Below are positions 25,556-37,298 of a stretch of 63,837 bases of DNA, in pieces (positions within the stretch are counted from its first letter, which is position 1; the number at the start of each line of letters is the position of its first letter). The DNA comes from Anolis carolinensis (Eukaryota): contig NW_026943825.1 of assembly GCF_035594765.1 (NCBI RefSeq), positions 14,190,753 to 14,254,589 on the forward strand. Reading direction: 5' to 3'. The notes beneath the pieces were generated by a model. It saw nothing but the letters and a program-made list of their open reading frames with translations. It was not told the DNA's origin and ran no database searches. Made by a program: the position numbers and the translations under genes.

Positions 25556-25710
25556 AGCTCAAGATGTGGTGGAGGCTCCTTCTTTGGAGGCTTTTAAGCA
25601 GAGGCTAGATGGCCATCTGTTGGGAGTGCTTTGTATGCGATTTCCTGCTTCTTGGCAAGGGGTTGGACTGGATGGCTCATGAGGTCTCTTCCAACTCTAG
25701 GATTCTAAGA
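25556..25710 (+). mobile_element. CR1 LINE 3' end
   Basis: GGAGGCTTTTAAGCAGAGGCT...GGGGTTGGACTGGATG...TCTTCCAACTCTAGGATTCT. Confidence 0.8.
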
Positions 25711-26183
25711 ATGCAGTGGTAGAATCATAGAATTCGAAGGCATTTCAAACTCTATGGAATCCAACTCCATTCTGCCATGCTGGAATATACAACTGCAGTG
25801 ATACCTTGACTTAAGAATTTAATTTGTTCCATGACTATATTCTTAACTCAAAACATTAAACAGTGATCAACTTTATGGTCTTTGTTCAAAGTTGTCATGC
25901 CTGTTGAGTTAGAGCAGAATATTCGATCTCACTGCAATGTTGTTTTGCTTTTAATTTGAGGCTGCTCAAGGGACTTCTTTCCAGCACTTCTGACTTTTCT
26001 GCTTCCTCAGCTGTTGTCACTATGGATGAACGTATTCCTGAACCTCCTTTGACTTCCTATGATCGGTAAGTGGTTTAGCAGGCATGCTGGGAGATATTTG
26101 AGTTGTATGGGACTGATATGTAAGGCTGAAATTTGGTTATTTGCTCACCATGCTGGCTGGGATTCCTTGAATTAAAGTCCCAA

Positions 26184-26233
<50 letters not shown>

Positions 26234-26234
<1 letters not shown>

Positions 26235-27251
26235 GATACTGTGGGGCTTCCGAATCCAGACTGACAAAGTACTAGAGCACAACACACCAGACATCACAGT
26301 TGTGGAAAAGAAAAAGGTTTGGATCATTGATGGCATGGCAGCCAATGTGCCGATCTCCACTGGGACCACCTGCACTGGTTTCTGCCAGAGTCTTTGTAGT
26401 TCAATCTTGAGGTCCTGAGAGCGGCTGAGTTTTTCCTGTTGTTTTTCGTCAATGCGACTGTCACCTGGGATGGCAACATCAATGATCCAAACCTTTTTCC
26501 TTTCCACAACTGTGATGTCTGGTGTGTTGTGTTCCAGAACTTTGTCAGTCTGGATTCGGAAGTCCCACAGTATCTTTGCCTGCTCATTTTCCAAGACTTT
26601 TGCAGGTTTGTGATCCCTCCAGTTCTTTACTGCTGGGAGGTGGTACTTGAGGCATAAGTTCCAATGGATCATTTGGGCCACAGAGTTGTGCCTCTGTTTG
26701 TAGTCTGTCTGTGTGATTTTCTTACAGCAGCTGAGGAGATGAGCCATGGTTTCATCAGTTTCCTTGCAGAGTCTGCATTTTGGGTCATCAGCTGATTTTT
26801 CTATCTTGGCTTGAATTGCCTTTGTTCTGATGTCTTGCTCCTGGGCTGCAAGGATCAGGCCTTCTGTCTCCTTCTTCAGGGTCCCATTCGTGAGCCAGAG
26901 CCAGGTCTTCTCCTGATCAGCTTTTCCTTCAATTTTGTCAAGGAACTTTCCATGCAATGTTTTGTTGTGCCAGCTGTCAGCTCTAGTTTGTAGTGTGGTT
27001 TTCTTGTACTGATTCTTTGTCTGCTGTGTTTTGAGGAGTTCCTGATTATTGATTTCAATCAAAGCATGTTTTTCACTTTGCTTTCCATCTTCTGCCAGGG
27101 CATGTTCTTCTTCTTTGACTGCTTGTTTTACTTGTAAGAGTCCTCTGCCCCCTGATCTTCTAGGCAGATATAGCCGGTCAACATCACTGCGAGGGTGCAG
27201 TGAATGATGAATGGTCCTGAGTTTTCTTGTTTTTCTGTCCAAATTGTCCAA
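26234..27251 (-). mobile_element. R4/Dong-type LINE fragment (minus) fused to a short plus-strand piece of the same family
   Basis: Long open frame with RLYLPRRSGGRGL, CRLCKETDETMAHLLSCC and TPDITVV...DVAIP; 26234-26332 is in the opposite orientation; (TAA)n left, (TTA)n right. Confidence 0.9.
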
Positions 27252-27309
<58 letters not shown>

Positions 27310-27610
27310 TGATACCCCAATTTTTCTTGACAAGAAGACTCTTCATTAGCTTAATTGTCTTAACTACACTCTTAATTTTCCAATAATAACATTGATCTAA
27401 AGCAGGTATCTTCAAACTGGCCCTCCAACTGTTTGGGCCTCCAGCTCCCAGAAGCCCGGCATGCTCATTCAATGGTCAGGAGTTGGGATTCTGGGAGTTG
27501 AAGGCCCAAACAGCTGGAGAGCTGCAGTTTGAGGATTCCTGCTTTAAAGCTTGTGGAAGAGTCGAACTAACTATGGTTGTTCTTACAGATATCGTGCTTC
27601 CAGACAACAG

Positions 27611-28606
27611 ATGCCATACTATAGATATTACTCTAAACCACTCGGTCCTCCTCTATCTCCCTTTGTCAAGAAAAGGCTGCCCAAATATGGGTCGCAATAC
27701 ATCCCATTCTATGGGCCACGGTATTTTTCATCCAGGACTCTTCCACTGTATGAGAAAGGTCTTTTTTCTTCCAAGACCCTTCCGTTGTATCAGAGAGGCC
27801 TTTATATTCCACCGTATCATCAATCTGGAGGGGCTGGTTATCAACCACGGGGTCTAAACCCCCGCCCAGAATCACATGGAACCAAACTCCCTCAAAGAAA
27901 TCTTGCCAGAAACCCAACACAGCCACATGTAAACATATATCAGCGGCATTTGCTCCAAAGTCCATATAGCGGCATGACCAAAGACCGCCATGGAACCATC
28001 ACAAAGGGTTCAGTTCCCGGTGCACCTCGAGCTCCGTTGCCTCGCATGACCAAAGGCCCGGTATTATATTCTCCCAAAGATTTGGAGCCACACTTGCCCA
28101 AAGCCCCTCTACCTCGTGTGACCAAAGGCCCAGTACTGTATTCCCCCAGGGATTTGGAACCCCATCTCCCCAAAAGCCCGCCACCCCACATTCCCAAAAG
28201 CCCAACAAAGCATTCAGCCAAGAGAATACCGCCAGTTGTGCCCACTGACTCACAACTCAATGTAACAAAGGCTCAGCAGCATCACACATCAAAGAGCATG
28301 CTGTCACGTGCCACCAAAGGCTCGCGTACAATTGCGAGCAAAGTCCCGCGATTCAACCTACTGAACTTCTCTAGATCCTTACGGAAAAAAGCTTCTCGAC
28401 GCAATCGTGCGAAAACCTCCCAACCCAGTTTGGTGAAGGGTTCACAACCCTCTCTAGTCAGGGACTCTCGGGGTTCCTTAGCAAAGAGCTCTCAACCCAA
28501 CCTGGTCCATACGGCCACATGCCCAGATCTCAAAAAACTCTCCAGTAATGTGAAAGTCTCCAAGACAGGGAAGAAATATTGCTCAGCAGCCAAGTGGCCT
28601 TTCTGA
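27611..28606 (+). CDS. EDYM2: Single-coding-exon EDC protein with Tyr-rich N-terminus, basic, 331 aa
   Basis: Branch-point-like CTAAC ~27567, acceptor AG 27587-27588, ATG 27611; VKKRLPKYGSQYIP and C-terminal KKYCSAAKWPF; adjacent to CBP cluster; AATAAA 29278-29283. Symbol from recalled nomenclature. Confidence 0.85.
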   Translation: MPYYRYYSKPLGPPLSPFVKKRLPKYGSQYIPFYGPRYFSSRTLPLYEKGLFSSKTLPLYQRGLYIPPYHQSGGAGYQPRGLNPRPESHGTKLPQRNLARNPTQPHVNIYQRHLLQSPYSGMTKDRHGTITKGSVPGAPRAPLPRMTKGPVLYSPKDLEPHLPKAPLPRVTKGPVLYSPRDLEPHLPKSPPPHIPKSPTKHSAKRIPPVVPTDSQLNVTKAQQHHTSKSMLSRATKGSRTIASKVPRFNLLNFSRSLRKKASRRNRAKTSQPSLVKGSQPSLVRDSRGSLAKSSQPNLVHTATCPDLKKLSSNVKVSKTGKKYCSAAKWPF

Positions 28607-29929
28607 AGAACAGCGGTAGAAATGGAAAACCACAATCTTCCCTCAGCTGAGAAGCCGGAGGAGTATTTGGATCATTTTCACGTAGTCTGCAAAACCTGAA
28701 ATACTTCTTGCATTTTATTGTGTTCATGAAACCTGGTTGCCATTTTCATCTTTGCAGATGTGAAAGCATGGACTGTGATGTGATTTATACAGCAACTCAC
28801 ATTTAGTGGTGCGGTTCTTTGTTAGTTTTAGAACACAACAAGCGTTTTTTTAACCATTGTTGTGAACCATTGCTGTGAAAAATATATATAAGATTTTGAA
28901 AGACTTGTTCTGCAGAATATTCGCACATGACTTTCCCCCCACCAAAAACATAATTGTCTGGGCAGAAAATAGCATTTTATGTCCTAAAACTAATATGCCT
29001 GCTTAGGAAAATTCTATGCAAAAAAGATATCCTTCTACCTATGCAGAACATGCTGTTGCTGGAACTTATTCTGCATGAAATTTGTGCATAGTATTTTTAC
29101 ACTGAAAACAGGATTTTTCTGCATAGAAAAACAAGGATCTTGCGGCTTTTTCGCAGAATAATTTATTTTCTGTGTGCCATCCCTTTTTTTGTGTCTCTGT
29201 TCTGTGTGCCCCCAAAGCCAGTCTCAAAGATTCCAGACATATCTAAGGATGACCAATATTTGTTTATTTTTTTTATAAATAAAACAAAGTAAGACAGTCT
29301 TTATTTTCAAGCTCTGTTGTTTAGTGTCCTCTTAAAATTTAGACATGGTGGTTTTTCACCTTTATTTTCCTCTGCTTCTTATAAGGCTAACCATTTGGTA
29401 CGGAAAAATGGCCCCAAAGTACTATACATCTGCACTCAATAGTAATTATATGACTCTGCATATGTTGTAGGATTTCATTTCCTAGAATCCTCTAAACAGG
29501 ACAACAAATTGGAAGGGATAATGGGAGCTGTTGTCCAACAATTCAAGATTTCCATACATTGTTTATTTTTTTACTTAAGAGCTTATCGACACTAGTAAAT
29601 GGATCCATACTCATTCCGAATCTGGTGCTTGCAGTCTTCATGATACATGGCAACCTCTGGTAAGTATCTTGAGTTTGGGCCCTTATCCTCACTTTGCTAC
29701 ACCGCACCACACTAAGCAAATGCAGGGGATGATCCTGAGTTTGCTGAAATCTCTGGAGTATCTGCAGACTTTGCAGCCATCTGGAAACACGTATCAGGTT
29801 CATGTTGGCTTGATCCATTGTTGTGAGGTTCTCATCTCCAGCTGTGCTGTGGGTTAATTCTTCTCTGAAAGAAAACACCAAGACACACGCTGAGGTAGAT
29901 CCAAACAGCTTTATTGTATGGAATACCAG

Positions 29930-30003
29930 AATCTTCTCTGTAGCCCATTTATTTAGGGGCTCGCACAATCTTCTCTGTAGCCCATTTATTTAGGGGCTCG
30001 CAC
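29930..30003. repeat. Exact 37-bp tandem duplication
   Basis: AATCTTCTCTGTAGCCCATTTATTTAGGGGCTCGCAC x2. Confidence 0.95.
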
Positions 30004-30349
30004 ATATCTGAGGGTAATTGAGGTTTTATGGCTGGCCGATTTTATGGCTGGCCATCTGCTCTTTGTCAGCGCTCTGTGTTCGGAGATAGCATGAGATGGG
30101 GGATCATGACAATTGTCCAGATGGATACCAATACTGTCACCCTTTCTGATAACTGTAGGGAAGGGGATTGTTTGTCTCCATGATGCTCTTCCTCCTCCTC
30201 ACTGGCCACAGTACTTCCTGCAAACACTTGGCCATCATAACTTCTTAGGTCAGAATGGGACAACCTCATGATCATCAAAAAGAAAGAGATTGTTCTATCT
30301 TCTCTTTGCTGATAGCAATATTTAATTATTTTATTATTTATTTACAGTA

Positions 30350-30673
30350 CAGTAGAGTCTCACTTATCCAACATTCGCTTATCCAACGTTCTGGATTATC
30401 CAATGGATTTTTGTAGTCGATGTTTTCAATACATCGTGATATTTTGGTGCTAAATTCATAAATACAGTAATTACTGTATAGCATTACTGCGTATTGAACT
30501 ACTTTTTCCTGTCAAATTTGTTGTATAATATGATGTTTTGGTGCTTAATTTGTAAAATCATAACCTAATTTGATGTTTAATATGCTTTTCCTTAATCCCT
30601 CCTTATTATCCAACATATTCGCTTATCCAACATTCTGCCGGCCAGTTTATGTTGGTTAAGTGAGACTCTACTG
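30350..30673. mobile_element. Tc1/mariner (Tigger-like) MITE
   Basis: TIRs CAGTAGAGTCTCACTTA / TAAGTGAGACTCTACTG, TA TSD; partial copy at ~48974-49140. Confidence 0.9.
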
Positions 30674-30892
30674 TATTTATATTCTGTCCTTCTCACCAGA
30701 AGGGCACTCAGGGTGGACCACAGAACACATATATGGCAAACATTCAATGCCATTTTACAGGCAGGATAGACAACAGATAGAGGTATATGTAGGTATTTTC
30801 CCATCTTCGGCATCCTGGAGTTTGTGCTCGATTCTGGCCACAGGGGGGTGCTGTCGCTCCATTCTCCTTGTTGAAGAGCTCAGATCATAGAC

Positions 30893-30936
<44 letters not shown>

Positions 30937-31928
30937 TTTATTTTTATACCCCGCCCCATCTCCCCGAGGGGACTCAGAGCGGCTTACATGGGACCAAGCC
31001 CAGGCAACAAGCAATATAAAACTCAGCAATAAAAACAAATCATAAACTAATAAAATCACATATACCAATAAACAATAAGCACACTTTGATAAAAACCTGG
31101 GTTTTTACCTAAAAAAGGGTAGTGGGCCAGAAAAGTATAAATAGTTTTGTACAGTACCGATTAGGAAAGAGGTAGGTACCAAGGACTATTATCCCATTAA
31201 GGTGCTGGAGGAGGCATACACCTAAAGACTAAAGACTAAATACAGCAAGGAGTAAAAATGCTATGAAAATAGAATGGACAAACAGGGCAATAGACTTCCT
31301 CCTTTCTTTTGATCGCTGGCATTTCCTGGTATTTCATTTTTATGGTACCATAAAATAACTCCTCGCTTAAGCGGTACCTAATTTATCTACTCACAGCTGT
31401 TTTCAAACTGCTTAGGTGGGTAGTGAGCTGGGCTGAAGGTTGAGCTCTCACACCATCCCTGGCTTCAAACCGACAACCTTTTGATTGGTAAGATCTATTG
31501 CAGCTAACCAGCTGTGCTAAAGGCTGGCACATGGACAAGGAGATGGGCCAACAGGGGATGGGTTGAGCCATCTCAGGAACAGAAATCTTCCAGATAAACT
31601 TTCCCCTTGTTGAAACACACATGGAAACCTTTTGATTTTCCTTTCTTTGGTCTGTGAAATAGCACCATCTGGTGACACCTTCTATTTAACACAGCTACAC
31701 TGAGATCAAGATGGGTGAGTGAAACGTTTTCAGTTGTGAATCATATCACCTGCAGTGGATAGGAAGCACATTTTTTTCCTGAGAAATCTGGCACATTAGA
31801 CCAAGCACTTTCACACATTTTTATGGTGTTAAAAGTTTAATTGTCGCCCTCCTTTCCACATTTAGAAAAAAAACTAGGATAAAATATCTCAAACCACAGG
31901 AAAGATAAACTGAAAGATTACTTTTTTC

Positions 31929-32185
31929 ATGTCAGGAGCAACCAGAGTTGCTTCTGGAGTGAGAGAATTGGCAGTCTGCAAGGACATTGCCCAGGGGACG
32001 CCCGGATGTTTTGATGTTTTACCATCCTTGTGGGAGTCTTCACTCATGTCCCTGCATGGAGCTGGAGCTGATAGAGGGAGCTCATCCGTGTTCTCCTCGG
32101 GTGGGATTTGAACCTGGCAGCCTTCAGGTCAGCAACCCAACCTTCAAGTCACGAGGCTTTGATCCCCTAGGCCACCGGAAGCTCC
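31929..32185 (-). mobile_element. tRNA-derived SINE
   Basis: Minus-strand B-box-like GGTTCAAATCCC and A-box-like head. Confidence 0.7.
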
Positions 32186-32204
32186 TAGTAGATTACTGTA
32201 ATGT

Positions 32205-32475
32205 GCTTACTGGAGGGAAGGATATTAGAGGCAAAGATGAAGTCCTTTGGCCACATCATGAGAAGACAGGAAAGCTTGGAGAAGAGAATGATGCTGGGGA
32301 AAATGGAAGGAAAAAGGAAGAAGGGCCAACTAAGGACGAGATGGATGGATGGGATCCTTGAAGTGATTGGCTTGACCTTGAAGGAGCTGTGGGTGGCATT
32401 GGCTGACGGGAGCTCTGGCCTGGGCTGGTCCAGGAGGTCACAAAGAGTTGGAAGCAACTTAACGAAGAAACAACA
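32205..32475 (+). mobile_element. BovB/RTE LINE 3' fragment
   Basis: LEGRILEAKMKSFGHIMRRQESLEKRMMLGKMEGKRKKG; similar to 58630-58880. Confidence 0.88.
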
Positions 32476-32679
32476 GAACTTCAATTCAGTTCAGCAATTT
32501 ATTACGGTCTATGACCAGAATATATAGAAATGGGCACAGGTGCCCAAAAAGGGGAATCGCAGTTCTCATAAAAGTCAGATAAAAGAACAAGTTAAAAAAC
32601 ATGCTATAATAAAAACAAATTAAAAGCAGACTATTAGCAGGGTCAGCTAATAGTAAATATCGATCCACTAAGTGGCTCT

Positions 32680-34010
32680 GGAGGGGGACAAAGGGAGCAT
32701 TTGCAGTCTTTCAGTTATAACAGATTGCTCTGGCTACAGGCCCTTTGGGGTCAGTCATCGTCTGTCTGATGGAAAATGCTGCCGCACAGAACCTGGCGAC
32801 ACTATAGGTTATTGCAGAACAGGAGTCTGAGAGCAGCAGAGAGGTGTAGTATCTTTCAGTGCGGCCTGGATGTTTTAAAAGCCAAGGAGTGATGAAATTG
32901 ATTCTAATCTATATATATAAAAGGGTAATGAAATTTCGGCCTAGGACAAAACAACAAAACTACACATCCCAGAAACACTAAATTTGGCAGCACAACCCCT
33001 CATCCATGCCTCTACGTTCATACAACAAAAAGAAAAGAAAAATAAAGTCCTAATTAGAGAGAGAGGAATAATTGTTTTTATCCAATTGCTGCCAGTTAAA
33101 AGGCCAAGCTCTGCCCACTTGGTCTCCTAGCAACCCATTCAGCCCAGGGGACAGGCACAGTTAGGCCTCACTTAAGCCTCTTCCTCACTGCCTATAAAAT
33201 ATAGATTATCAGATTTGAACTGGATTATATGGCAGTGTAGACTCAAGGCCCTTCCACGCAGCTATATAACCCATTTGTAATCTTATATTATCTCCTTTGA
33301 ACTGGATTATCTTGACTCCACACTGCCATATAATCCACTTCAGTGTGCAGTCGGACACAACTGGACTTAATATCAGGAGAAAACCTTTACCCTTTACCTT
33401 AACTACCACCAATTCCTCAATACTTTATTTCCCATACCACCATACTTTGCCACAGCAATGCGTGGCCGGGCACAGATAGTATCTCTATAAAACATACACT
33501 GGAGGAGCATGTGCTCGATAGTTTCGATATGGCCAGACTCACAAGGGCGTAGTCTCTCTGGAGCAGGGGTCTTCCAGTACCTCCCCTCCAGTACTGCCGA
33601 TGGGAGGGCGTGACATCTTGCAAGAGTGAAGGCTTTACGATGATTAGGCACCTCCAGGTTTGTTAAATAAGCCATGGGAGCGATGGTATATCTGTTGTCT
33701 GCACTAATGTTAGACTGGAGAGCAAGCTAAATCAGATTGTCGCTCTGTGTCCAGGATCCGTTGTCTGATGTGGACCTTAGCTTGGTCCCATCCCATGCTT
33801 AGTAGGTGTTTTTGAGAGAAGCCTAGAGTTGCGATTTTTGTTGCTACTACCTTGTTCCATGTAGATTGAAACTCATCTCTCAGAGTTAGCGGGGCAAGGC
33901 CACATGGCGAGTGAGACAGATGCAGCCAGTAATTGAGAGTGGCTATCCATGCTCTCGCCTCCACTCTCACGAGGCCTGTCTCTAAACGCAGGATGGATAT
34001 ATCCATGTTA
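32680..34010 (-). mobile_element. Non-LTR retrotransposon 3' fragment (RTE-X-like) split by a Helitron
   Basis: LRLETG... and ERLRPC...ETIEHMLLQCMFYRD degenerate zinc knuckle; frame continues across the Helitron. Confidence 0.65.
32908..33479 (+). mobile_element. Non-autonomous Helitron
   Basis: 5' TC, 3' hairpin GCCAC...GTGGC followed by a CTAG-like end (ATAG), inserted between A and T, no TSD; relative at 49300-49838. Confidence 0.8.
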
Positions 34011-34187
34011 CAACAGAACTATAATGTGTCCTAAGTAGGGCTGCTCCTAAAGACACCCCAAGTGCTAATTCTAATACAATATGCTCAAGTGGCCCAAAAT
34101 CTCTTTCCAGAAACTCTGATGTAGACTTGGATCAAAGTTCCCCTAGCAATGTTGTCTTTGTCTATGATACTTTTGAGCTTCTTACTA

Positions 34188-34400
34188 TCAACATCTTCAC
34201 TGACTGCCATCATTATCCCTGCCACAGTAGTCCCATCAGCAGCAACTGTAACCACTGCCCCAATCGTAGCTGCTATCACAGTCAACACATTGACCATATC
34301 CAGCAAAGCCACCATGGATACTGGTGGGCCAACCAAAGCCATAAGTTGCTTGCACATTTGTAGAACAATTTATGATGTGTCCCAGAAGAAGTTTGGGGAC
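34188..34400 (-). pseudogene. Possible decayed CBP Gly/Tyr/Cys tail
   Basis: Translates YGFGWPTSIHGGFAGYGQCVDCDSSYDWGSGYSCC*WDYCGRDNDGSQ*RC*; no recognisable beta core. Confidence 0.45.
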
Positions 34401-35171
34401 TAGATGTGACATAGCTATAGTCCTATGTTGCTTCCCTTCTACTACCATATCCAACACCAGGTAAAGTAAATCAAGAACACAGGTAATATGAAGTAGGATG
34501 GCTTTTAATGAATTTGCAAAGATACAGTTTCAGAAGAAGCTTTAAGAGGAAGGAAGTATTATTTGAGACTTCTTGGCATGACAGACAGCATTCAGCTACA
34601 ACATGGTGATAGTTCCTTGTGGTCGTTGCATGTCACCCATCATCCCCTTGATGGCTGATTCATCCAAAGAATCAAGGGACTTCCCCGTAGCAGTTGGAAG
34701 GTGCGGAACATGATGTTGCGTGTTCTTGAGCTGCAGCTCTATCATCCCTGACCATTGGCCATATTGGTCAGGTCTGATGGGAACTGGAGACCCCCAACCT
34801 CAGTTAGGTCACAAATATCCCCAACAGAACTACTTATGGAGTGAGGTCCAACTCCAAAGCAGAGACTGAACATGCTTCACGAACTGCAGATCTCCTGCAA
34901 TGATCACTTTGGTCTTTCTAATCCTGAACAGAGAATATACATTCAAATGGAGACATGTCAAGGAAGGATAGAGAGCAACAAAATGAATGTCTTGGGTGCT
35001 CAGATGGACAAGGATTAGCCCATATCAATGCCAATGGGAGACAGGGCATGGTCCTCTTTTCTGACACCCAAGAACAAGATCTCAGCTATAGATCTATTTC
35101 AATAGTCCACTGCTGGGTTGTTTCTTGTGTTTCAGGAATCATCTTCTGGGCTTCAGGTGGGAAGAGGAAGT

Positions 35172-35486
35172 CTAACATCTCCAGCCACATCTACCTCCCC
35201 AGCCACCATAACCACATCGGCCACCATACCCGCAGCCTCCATAGCTGCCATAACCGCAACCACCCCAGCCGCCATAACCAAAGCCTCCCCAGCCACCATA
35301 ACCACAGCCACCATAGCCGCAGGGTGTTGTAGTGTATACAGCACAAGGTGTTGTATCACAGTGCAGGATGGCCCCAGGCATTGTCACACAGTAGGTTGGA
35401 GGCTGGACGCAGACCTCTGATGGAGGGCCTTGTGATTCGCAGGCGACATTGCAGCCGAAGCCACAGTTTCCCCAACCAAAAGTCAT
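35172..35486 (-). CDS. Corneous beta-protein (beta-keratin), type A, 104 aa
   Basis: Core CESQGPPSEVCVQPPTYCVTMPGAILHC; G/Y/W/C tail; acceptor at 35508-35509; ATTAAA at 34504-34509 (minus). Confidence 0.95.
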   Translation of the reverse strand: MTFGWGNCGFGCNVACESQGPPSEVCVQPPTYCVTMPGAILHCDTTPCAVYTTTPCGYGGCGYGGWGGFGYGGWGGCGYGSYGGCGYGGRCGYGGWGGRCGWRC

Positions 35487-35659
35487 GGTTCTGAAGTGGA
35501 GGAAAATCTGTGGAGAAAAACACAGAATGATCAAAGAGTGGAGGAAACAAATAGTGGCATATAGTAGGAGTGGCTGGCCTATTACTATTTGACTGCATGC
35601 CCCAGAGGCATCTAGAGATCCCCTGCAACCATTTCATTTCCCCTGGTGGAAACAAGTGG

Positions 35660-36500
35660 CATGAAATAATCATGGATGAAGGTGGCAGGAGGTTGCCAAT
35701 GACCACAGAAGATAGCAGGAGGTAACCTGCCATGGAAGTGGCACATGGTAGAGGTAGCAGGAGGTGACTTGGACCACCAATAGAGGTGGCAGCAGCTAGG
35801 CAGGTACAATTGGTAACTTGGGACCATAGATGGAGGTTGTAGCAGGTAGCGTTGGACCATGGATAAAGATGACAGCAGTTATCCAGGGATGATAGATGGA
35901 AGTGGCAGTAGGTAGACAAGAACCATGGATGGAGGCAACAGGGGATAGCTTGGGACCATGGATCAAGGTGACAGGAGGTAGTCAGAAACCACAGATGAAG
36001 GTGTCAGGAGGTTGCCAATGACCACAGAAGAAGATAGCAGGAGGTAACCTGCCATGGAAGTGGCACATGGTAGAGGTGGCAGGAGGTGACTTGGACTACC
36101 GATAGAGGTGGCAGCAGCTAGACAGGTACCATGGATGGAGGTGGCAATTGGTAACTTGGGACCATAGGTGGAGGTTGTAGCAGGTAGCTTTGGACCATGG
36201 ATAAAGATGACAGGAGGTATCCAGGGATGATAGATAGAAGTGGCAGTAGGTAGGCAAGAACTATGGATGGAGGCAACAGGGGATAGCTTGGGACCAAGGA
36301 TCAAGGTGGCAGGAGGTAGTCAGAAACTACAGGTGAAGATGGCAGGAGGTAACCAGGAACTACGGATGGAGGTGGATGGAGACAACCATGGATGGAGGTG
36401 GAAAGAGGTAACAAAGGACCATGGGTGAGGTGGCAGTAGGTAGCCTGGGACCATGGATGGAGGTGGCAGGAGGTAGCCCGGGATCATGGATGGAGATGGT
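35660..36500. repeat. Purine-rich intronic minisatellite with a ~320-bp internal duplication
   Basis: Units like GGACCATGGATGGAGGTGGCAGGAGGTAGC; block ~35680-36000 repeats at ~36000-36330. Confidence 0.85.
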
Positions 36501-36601
36501 TCAAGTTGTCACTCCATCTAAATGCCATGCCACATTCTCCCTAGCTCATAGTTCAAGATTTCATCCACCTCCAGTGCACACACACAGACACACAGATTGG
36601 A

Positions 36602-36698
36602 ACATACCTAGTTATCCAAGGAGAAGCTGTGGAGATGTTCTCTCTCTGTAGGACTGGAGAAGCTGATGGACAGACATTAAATGGGAAGCTCTTTTATA
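36602..36698 (-). promoter_or_regulatory. CBP-A TATA box and non-coding exon 1
   Basis: TATAAAA 36692-36698 (minus); donor AG|GTATGT at 36607. Confidence 0.85.
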
Positions 36699-37298
36699 CC
36701 TCTCCTTCTGCATCCTCTGGCATGCAACACACCCTTTGGGCATGGCCATCTTCTGATTTATTGCCAGCTTACAGTTGTTGTAGGAATTACACCCCAAACT
36801 CCATAATTGTTGACGCTGCAATTTTCTCATGGCTGCAGGCAAAATTACAAGGACACCTGAAACCAGTAGAAAGGCAAATGGGGCAGAACTTGCATGCAAT
36901 CCATGGGCACATGGCGTATGGAAGGATATCACTTCAAGAAGCATGGGTGCATCTGTGAGATTCTTCACCACTTGACCTTTCAAAAACATTTTGCCGTCTG
37001 TGGCAGGAAGGTTAATGTATACCTAAACACATCTTATTTCATATTTAGAAGCAAAATGAGATGACCATGGAGTTTTACTCCAATCTTGATGATGGGGGGA
37101 AAAGTCCAAGATATTGCCACAACCATCACATTTCATGCATAGAAACAACATGAGATGGTCATGGAAGTTCATTTCAACTTTGGTGATGGAGCAAGGTTGT
37201 CCATCATGATGACCTAATGATGACAACTAGTCTAGAAGGCACATGATACCTGTAGTGTCTTTTGCCAGATCTAAAAAACAAGGGAGAACAGTTACTAC

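Noticed and set aside
26172-27320. 382-aa ORF as a host gene
   Set aside because: Chimera of microsatellites (poly-N, poly-Y) and a truncated retrotransposon
29845-30185. Possible minus-strand LTR around the 37-bp duplication
   Set aside because: Poly(A)-signal-like motif present, but I could not find termini with a TSD
35356-36651. ORFs in the CBP-A intron
   Set aside because: Products of the intronic minisatellite
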